NCBI GenBank assembly: GCA_018985225.1
Contig: JADGIF010000058.1
Span: forward strand, 1-25,605
Source: Amoeboradix gromovi X-113
Lineage: Eukaryota; Fungi; Sanchytriomycota
Length of the DNA: 25,605 nt
Direction of reading: 5' to 3'
Positions 19,418 to 25,605 of the stretch are shown piece by piece. Every line of letters begins with the position of its first letter. The first letter of the stretch is position 1. A program made the translations under genes and the position numbers. Under the pieces are notes generated by a model, which saw only the letters and a program-made list of their open reading frames with translations, did no database searches and had not been told where the DNA came from.

Positions 19418-20310
19418 TTACTTATTACAACAATAAAAAGTCAAGCTCACAAAAGCCAAAAGAGCATCGATTGCCAACATAATTCCAATTCCTGCGGCCC
19501 ATGAGGGCTTTATACTCCTTTCGAAGTTATTATGTTGGGCAACAGCTATTTCACAATCTTCTTTGCTACCAGGTAAATCATTACTGACACGGCAACTTCC
19601 AGACACAATTTTTGCATATAGATCAATGCTTGATACTTTGCCAGTATGAGGATCAACTGGGGGGACATCACCATTTGGACATCTTTTTGTATCAGTGTCG
19701 CGCTCACCATAACAATCATTTAATAAAGTGACGCCTGGATTACAATCGGGACCGAAATTGCAATTCTTCGTTATAAAATCCATATTGCGTTCATTTTTTT
19801 GTATAGCATTATTCAAAATTACACCTCCAAGAGGAAGTACTACTGCATTACCAGAGAGTAGTAGTACCCCAAAAACTATAGCACAAGAAAAATTGCACCG
19901 CCGAACGCATTTGTCATCCTCAGATTCCCAGCTCCTTTTTTGCTTCTTCGGAAAATGAGTACCTAACGAGCACTGTAATACAGCATTTAACATAGCCGGG
20001 GTTGGGATGTACTTTTCTACAAATAGTTTGTACTCGTTTGGATTAGAAAGCATATCAGCAGCTTTTTGAACCTCGTTAGGAAATTCTTGATCTCTAGCTT
20101 CTGAAGCCAAAGTGCCCAAGCCTTTGCGCATGTCATCAATTGTATTTTGAGATCTAATACTCAATTCCCTATTGTCCACACAGTTTCCAAACCGCTGCTC
20201 TTTAATGCAGCCCAGTAACACAGACGGAGTAACTTCTATAAGCAGATCTAAAAAACGTTTACCATTCACGTCTAGCATAGCAAAAAGGGATACCAAAAAA
20301 TTGCAATCAT
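19418..20310 (-). CDS. Hypothetical membrane protein with two TM helices around a Cys-rich loop; probable signal peptide out of frame by 1 nt
   Basis: TM segments AIVFGVLLLSGNAVVLPLGGVIL and AAGIGIMLAIDALLAFVSLTFY flank six loop Cys. ATG20310 gives MIAIFLVSLFA if the T6 run were T7. Confidence 0.6.
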
Positions 20311-20589
20311 ATCTGAGTAAGACCCATAACTCCTTCAAAAGAGAACATGAGGGAATTTCGAGACTGCCTCATAATAATAGCCCCTATCAGGACTTTGATA
20401 TCAAATTAATGTTCATGCGACTAAAATAAACACACAACACTTCTATGTTGACAGAAGAGTTTTTATTCAAATTAAAGATTTTTGACTGACGCTCCTTCTT
20501 TTTGTAACTCGGATATCTCTAGTTTTGCTTGTCATAAAAGGAAATAGCAAATTCTTACTATTTAAACCATTATGCAAAACTAGGTCAAC

Positions 20590-20915
20590 TCTTTACAGAA
20601 TCATCTCAAAAGGCAGATCTAGTTGTGTAGAGTATTTCATATATTATCAGCTATGCTACAGTTGACAATACCGCTGTCGATCCCTCCTCTTTTGTTACAA
20701 AGAGAGCGATAAGCTTACCAATGCTTGTTCATAACATTAACAACACTAGCTTCTTTTTTAAGATATAACAACAATTTGTTTTGCTGTACTGACAATTTTC
20801 ATAGCTGTAGTAAATAACATGATCACTTCTTTCATTTCTCATTTTCTTTTCTTTGTTGTCAAAGTATTTTATATTTGTATCTAATCTAACTTCTGAATGC
20901 AAATAACCGTTCCAC
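20590..20915 (-). mobile_element. Possible heavily decayed Merlin/IS1595-family (ISXO2-like) transposase remnant
   Basis: Across two frames: G...EVRLD..., then ASVVNVMNKHW*AYRSLCNKRGGIDSGIVNCS. This resembles the VEIDE and DxWxAYxxL...HxxVNHS motifs; multiple stops. Confidence 0.3.
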
Positions 20916-21143
20916 AAATCAGGCCTAACTTGGTTGGAATCGTTGGTTTTAATACTGTTTTTAGTGATAGTGTATAGTTTAACAAGACATATATTTCAGT
21001 ATTCATAAATTCTTGGACGGTTTTGCACAACTAATTACTCTACATCAATTTTTTATTTCTCTTCACTTTACTCAAACTGTGCATCCAGAGACCATATCGC
21101 AAATCTTTATTTAATTTTATATTATTTTTGTGACTTGTTCCAA

Positions 21144-23592
21144 ATGACCCAAATGGAAGATGTTGATGAGCTAGCAATTAAAATAGACACTTTGGTCAAT
21201 AATATCCTCTCGAATACCAACCTGCAATCTAATATTGATCAATTGCGTAGTGTGATAAAAGCATCGACAACGTCTATGGTTCCTAAACCTTTAAAATATC
21301 TCATGCAGTATTATGAAAAGTTAACCCTTGTAAAATGTAGTGGTGATGACTATAAGCTTCTCCAAGATATCCTATCTTTCATTTCTATGACAGTTAACGA
21401 TCTTTCTTTGTTACATCGCATCAATGGCGGTTTTTTATCTATCGATGAGTGGGGGCATGAATATGTTAAGCACCTCAGCGGTAATTGCATCTCTTATTTT
21501 GAAGATAAAGATGAGTTAGGTGATTTAGAAGAGTCAAAGGTCAAGGCAATTGTCAATCAAATTGTGCCTTATTTTTTAAAAAATAATGCTGAAATTGATG
21601 CAATTGACCTGCTAATTGAAATGAATGATATTAATCACCTATTGTCTTTCATTCCTGATGACTTAAACACAGTTAATCGTATTGGTCTTTACCTTCTTAA
21701 AATGACGACATTATTACCTCCACCTGAAGATGTTCAAGTGTTACTAGTATTGTATGAGTTGTATTTAAACCATAACATATGCATGTCTCTTATCATGGCT
21801 ATTAAACTGCGTAATGTGTCGTTCATAGACCATTGTTTTAGTGTTAGCTCGCCGCTGTTGCAAGCCCAGTTAGCCTTCATTCTTAGTAGAGATGGGTTCT
21901 ATTATAATCCCCAACTATCTCAGACTGTGTGTTCTATATTAAGTAATACTAATCTTAGTAAATACTACATCGAATTTGCCACAAATCTTGATTTACTTCA
22001 AATTAAAACTCCAGAAGATGTTTATAAACAGCATTTAGAGTCCAGAACCACATCTACTGACTCTAACAAACACCTTACATCCTCTGCTATCGTTAATGGC
22101 CTCATTAACATCGGGTATAAATCCAATTTACCAAATGATGATCACATTCATAAATGCACTGATTTTGCAAAGTTATGCAGTATAGCCAGTATTGGTAGCC
22201 TGTATCAATGGGACATTGATGGTCTGAATCAAATTGACAAATACATGTACAATGAGAATGAGTTTATAAGCAGCGGTGCTTATTTAGCCATCGGTTTAAC
22301 TTGTATTCACATCAAACACGATAGTGATCCATGTTTGGCATTGCTACAAGATGCATTGACTAATCCGTCTCTATTAACTCGTTCTACAGCTATTATGGGT
22401 CTTGGGTGTGCTTATGCCGGTACCAACAGAATGGATGTGTTGACAGTATTGTTACCATTTATAACCGATACCTCTGTAGACATGGATCTAACTAATATGG
22501 CTGGTATTGCTTTGGGACTAATATTTGTAGGCAGCTGTCACGAAGAGATAAGCAGTGCAATTTTGCAATGCTTGATGAGTAGACCAATGACCGATGTAAC
22601 AAACATTAAGACGCGCTATCTGTATTTAGGTCTAGCATTACTCTTTCTACAGCAGCAGGACAAATGCAACGTAGTATTAGACACATTGCAAGTGCTAGAA
22701 TACAAGGAAATACCAATAATTATGGTCAAAATGTGCGCTTATGCTAACACAGGAAACATAATGAAGATACAAGAACTTCTCCAGATTAGTGGTAAAGAGC
22801 ACGGCGAATATGCTATAATTGGGATCGCATTGATGAGCAACAGTGCTGATGGTATAGATATGGCACTAAGAATGTTCAATCACATGATGCAGTTCGGAAG
22901 TAACAGACAAGCAGTGCCATTAGCTATAGGTTTACTAAGCGCATCTACACCCAAAGTACAAGTCATGGATGTACTAGGCAAGTTTAGTCACGACAGCGAT
23001 CTGCAAGTAGCTAGCAACGCAATATTTGGAATGGGACTGGTGGGATGTGGAACAAACAATGCTCGACTAGCGCACATGCTGAGAAACTTGGCAAGTTACT
23101 ATTACAAAGACAGCAACATGTTATTTATGATCAGAGTAGCTCAGGGTATGGTGCATATGGGAAAAGGAATTATAGGGATCAACATGAACTATAATGAGCA
23201 TCTAACAACATTCACAGGCACCGCAGGATTACTAGCGTGCTTAATGGGAGTCATGAATACAAAACTGATCATGGAGGCACCTTTTTTGTTGTATTTTTTG
23301 AACATCAGTGCTTACCCTAAATACTGTATGACACTGGATAGCGACTTGGAAATGATCAAAACAAATGTGCGAGTTGGTCAGGGATTAGATGTTGTAGGAC
23401 AAGCAGGAAAGGGAAAAAGAATTACAGGATTTCAAACATACGAATCACCGGTGTTGGTAAACTATGGAGAAAGAGTAGAATTAGCAACAGATCAATGTAA
23501 ATGATATTAACGTAGATAAGAGTGTAACACCCGTATTAGAAGGATTATGTATTTTAGAGAAGAATGAGGATTATATGGAAACTGACGATTAA
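21144..23592 (+). CDS. RPN1: 26S proteasome regulatory subunit Rpn1/PSMD2; exons 21144-23496 and 23516-23592
   Basis: VPKPLKYL, WGHEYVKHL, NAEIDAIDLL, PC repeats, GTNNARLA, VRVGQGLDVVGQAG. Intron removal gives ELATDQYKSVTPVLEGLCILEKNEDY. Confidence 0.97.
23497..23515 (+). other. 19-nt spliceosomal intron GTAAATGATATTAACGTAG
   Basis: GT-AG ends, contains the in-frame TGA, and excision restores the conserved Rpn1 C-terminus. Confidence 0.93.
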
Positions 23593-23928
23593 ATAAATAC
23601 ATATTCAATAATATACTTTTGTTGCCCAGAGTTTAGGCAAATGATATTCAACATGGATTTAAGTGTATGTGATTTACTAATCGTATTGAAAATCATTGTC
23701 AATCAGCGACAAAAACATTTCTATGTATCTTAAGTAACTTTAGGATCGCTAGAAAGACTTGAGAAGTAAAGAACAGCAAGTTTTAGCAACGCCTTGTAGT
23801 CAAGACCTTGGGTAATTACATATGGGACCTTTCTGCGCGAGTAGTTCTACTTTGTAAAAATTGCTCCGCGGCATGATTTGGCCAAATACAAAAGCTACAG
23901 CGTTTCTGCAATTCAAGTGCTTACGCAT

Positions 23929-25107
23929 TTATTTACTTTGAAAGTGTTTTGCTAGCACTGTTGATGCTTTTTCCATTTCCTCTGCAGTAGGCGTGGCAAA
24001 TGTCAGTCTAATATGCTCCTTGTCGTCAAAAACATGACCGCTTAGTACCATTATATTCTCACTTAACAGCCTGCTCATAAATTCCTCATTGTTCAAATAA
24101 GCCGGCAGCTTAAGCCACAAAAACATTCCAGCGTCAGGGCTAGAACACTCAATCTTGTTTTTCGTTAATTCACGAAGTAAAAAATCTCTTTTGTCCTTGT
24201 AAAATGATACAATGCTTCCTATATGGTTCATGAAGCCATCGAATTGTACAAACGAGTACCAGGAATGAAAAAGCTGCTGCGAGAGCGATGTGGCCTGTAA
24301 ATCGGTGCACTGCACATGCAAAACGATTGAATTTATAAACGTAGGATGTCCACTGACCATTCCCAGCCTGATTCCACTAGAAAGCACTTTTGAAAACGAT
24401 TCAAATCTTAGAACATGCCCGGTGGTATCCAAACTTAAGTAGCTTGGCAATCTTTCTGGGGTATACTGTAGATAATAATAAGGATCGTCTTCTAGTATGA
24501 CAAAGTCATGCTTCACGGCAAGTTCCAGAATCAATTTCTTCTTCTCCAAGGATGTACAAGAGCCAGTAGGGTTATTACCAGTAGGCACGGTATACAGACA
24601 TTTTGGCTTAGGCTTGTTAGTTGGCCATGATTCCAATATCTCACTCAGATGTTCAAACTGGATTCCGTTTTCATCGGTGTTCACAAAGACTTTGTAACAG
24701 TCAAAAGGATTCAAAAATGCTAAAACACCAGAATAACATGGCTTTTCCACTAAAATGGTATCATCTGGATTCAGCAACATTTCCATGGCTTTCGTAATTA
24801 AGGATTGACTTCCGTTTCCCACGCAAATATCGTACTTTGTTGGTGGACCATGAATCTTATTCTGAATTTCTTTTAAATCTGCTAGCACCTCTGGAAATCC
24901 TTGAGTCGGGCCATACTGCAATGCCTTTTTTGTATTTATTTGAATAACAGTGTTATTGACGGTACAGGAGATATTTGAAATAGGAAAAGTAGATTCATTT
25001 GGTAGTCCAGCGCCTAATAAAATCATTCCTTCCTTTATCAATGGTTGCAGTGCACGGATGGCAGATGGCTTGCGTTTTAAAGATTGCTTGGAAAGCAAAT
25101 GTTTCAT
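23929..25107 (-). CDS. PLP-dependent class I aminotransferase (Aro8 / 2-aminoadipate-kynurenine aminotransferase family)
   Basis: RKPSAIR, LGAGLPN, ALQYGPTQG, GNGSQ, NNPTG, ILEDDPY, PLP-lysine motif SFSKVLSSGIRLG, AGMFLW, HIRLTFA. ATG25107 chosen as the likely start. Confidence 0.93.
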   Translation of the reverse strand: MKHLLSKQSLKRKPSAIRALQPLIKEGMILLGAGLPNESTFPISNISCTVNNTVIQINTKKALQYGPTQGFPEVLADLKEIQNKIHGPPTKYDICVGNGSQSLITKAMEMLLNPDDTILVEKPCYSGVLAFLNPFDCYKVFVNTDENGIQFEHLSEILESWPTNKPKPKCLYTVPTGNNPTGSCTSLEKKKLILELAVKHDFVILEDDPYYYLQYTPERLPSYLSLDTTGHVLRFESFSKVLSSGIRLGMVSGHPTFINSIVLHVQCTDLQATSLSQQLFHSWYSFVQFDGFMNHIGSIVSFYKDKRDFLLRELTKNKIECSSPDAGMFLWLKLPAYLNNEEFMSRLLSENIMVLSGHVFDDKEHIRLTFATPTAEEMEKASTVLAKHFQSK

Positions 25108-25267
25108 AAAATGAAACTGAAAACTATTATTTACTTGTACCAGGGAAATATTTAAGGTAAAATATGCCCCCAATCAAACATCTTGACTAATTTAATTGGC
25201 CGGATGTCTTCGAGGACCTTCAGAACTGCTGCTATTTGTGGCAACTTGGAGACATCCATACCTCTGA

Positions 25268-25486
25268 CGAAAAGACCAATCATTATCAGCTAGAATTTCA
25301 CTTTCATTCTCTCGCCCAAACGCGTTCGGCTTTGGCGACATTTCAAAATCGGATGCACTGGAAGAACAGGAGCAGGAAGATATGGATGAACTTGAGCATA
25401 AATTGGACGAGGAGTTAGATGATATTGTAGACGAGCAACAGGAATCTGAAAAAGATGAGAGAGTAAAAGAAGAGAAAAGAGTCTAA
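25268..25486 (+). other. Open frame encoding a very acidic tail, probably a gene remnant
   Basis: ...DALEEQEQEDMDELEHKLDEELDDIVDEQQESEKDERVKEEKRV*; upstream TGA at 25265 and no good start. Confidence 0.35.
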
Positions 25487-25530
25487 GCTCTTAGAGAAAA
25501 ACTCATACAGAGCAGCGAGCGGAAAACATA

Positions 25531-25605
25531 TGGGACATCAAATATAAAAACTAGACTAACTTTCTGTAACAACTTGGAACATTATTTCAGCTTTATTACT
25601 TTATG
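25531..25605 (+). mobile_element. Left end of a second copy of the TIR/Fanzor element, truncated by the window end
   Basis: 75 nt match 7608-7683 with 3 substitutions and 1 indel; TIR portion identical; preceded by CATA. Confidence 0.9.

Noticed and set aside
23819-23828. CATATGGGAC resembling the element's left end
   Set aside because: Similarity stops after 6 nt of the TIR and there is no partner end.
207-24697. Short antisense or overlapping ORFs in the track (e.g. 207-581, 9053-9337, 11325-11663, 18501-18797, 24497-24697)
   Set aside because: They are shadows of real genes on the other strand or frame, with no motifs.
1-25605. Genome-wide reassignment of TAA/TAG to Gln
   Set aside because: More than 3,000 codons of intact genes contain no internal TAA/TAG, and CCT6, RPN1 and the aminotransferase end at TAA at their conserved C-termini.

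Overview
AT-rich, gene-dense eukaryotic DNA, probably from a reduced early-diverging fungus (a sanchytrid/chytrid-like lineage is my inference, not proven). Intact-looking genes are an MDR-family oxidoreductase, CCT6, a Crinkler-type NTPase-nuclease, a C2H2 zinc-finger factor, an SLC6/NSS transporter, RPN1 and an Aro8/AADAT-like aminotransferase. CCT6 and RPN1 each carry one 19-nt GT-AG intron ending TTAACGTAG. Several features are missing from the ORF track. (1) A 553-bp element with 31-bp terminal inverted repeats (7608-8160) holds the decayed C-terminus of a Fanzor1/TnpB-like RNA-guided nuclease and a 3' hairpin (candidate omegaRNA); a second copy starts at 25531 after CATA and runs off the window. 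(2) A different, Fanzor2/TnpB-like C-terminal fragment lies at about 6050-6258. (3) CDC6-like and MCM10-like replication genes and a large helical-protein gene in the first 7.3 kb are interrupted by in-frame stops and/or frameshifts. (4) A Crinkler-like cluster at 11-16 kb has intact, broken and internally deleted copies. All family calls come from motif recognition by eye; no searches were run.
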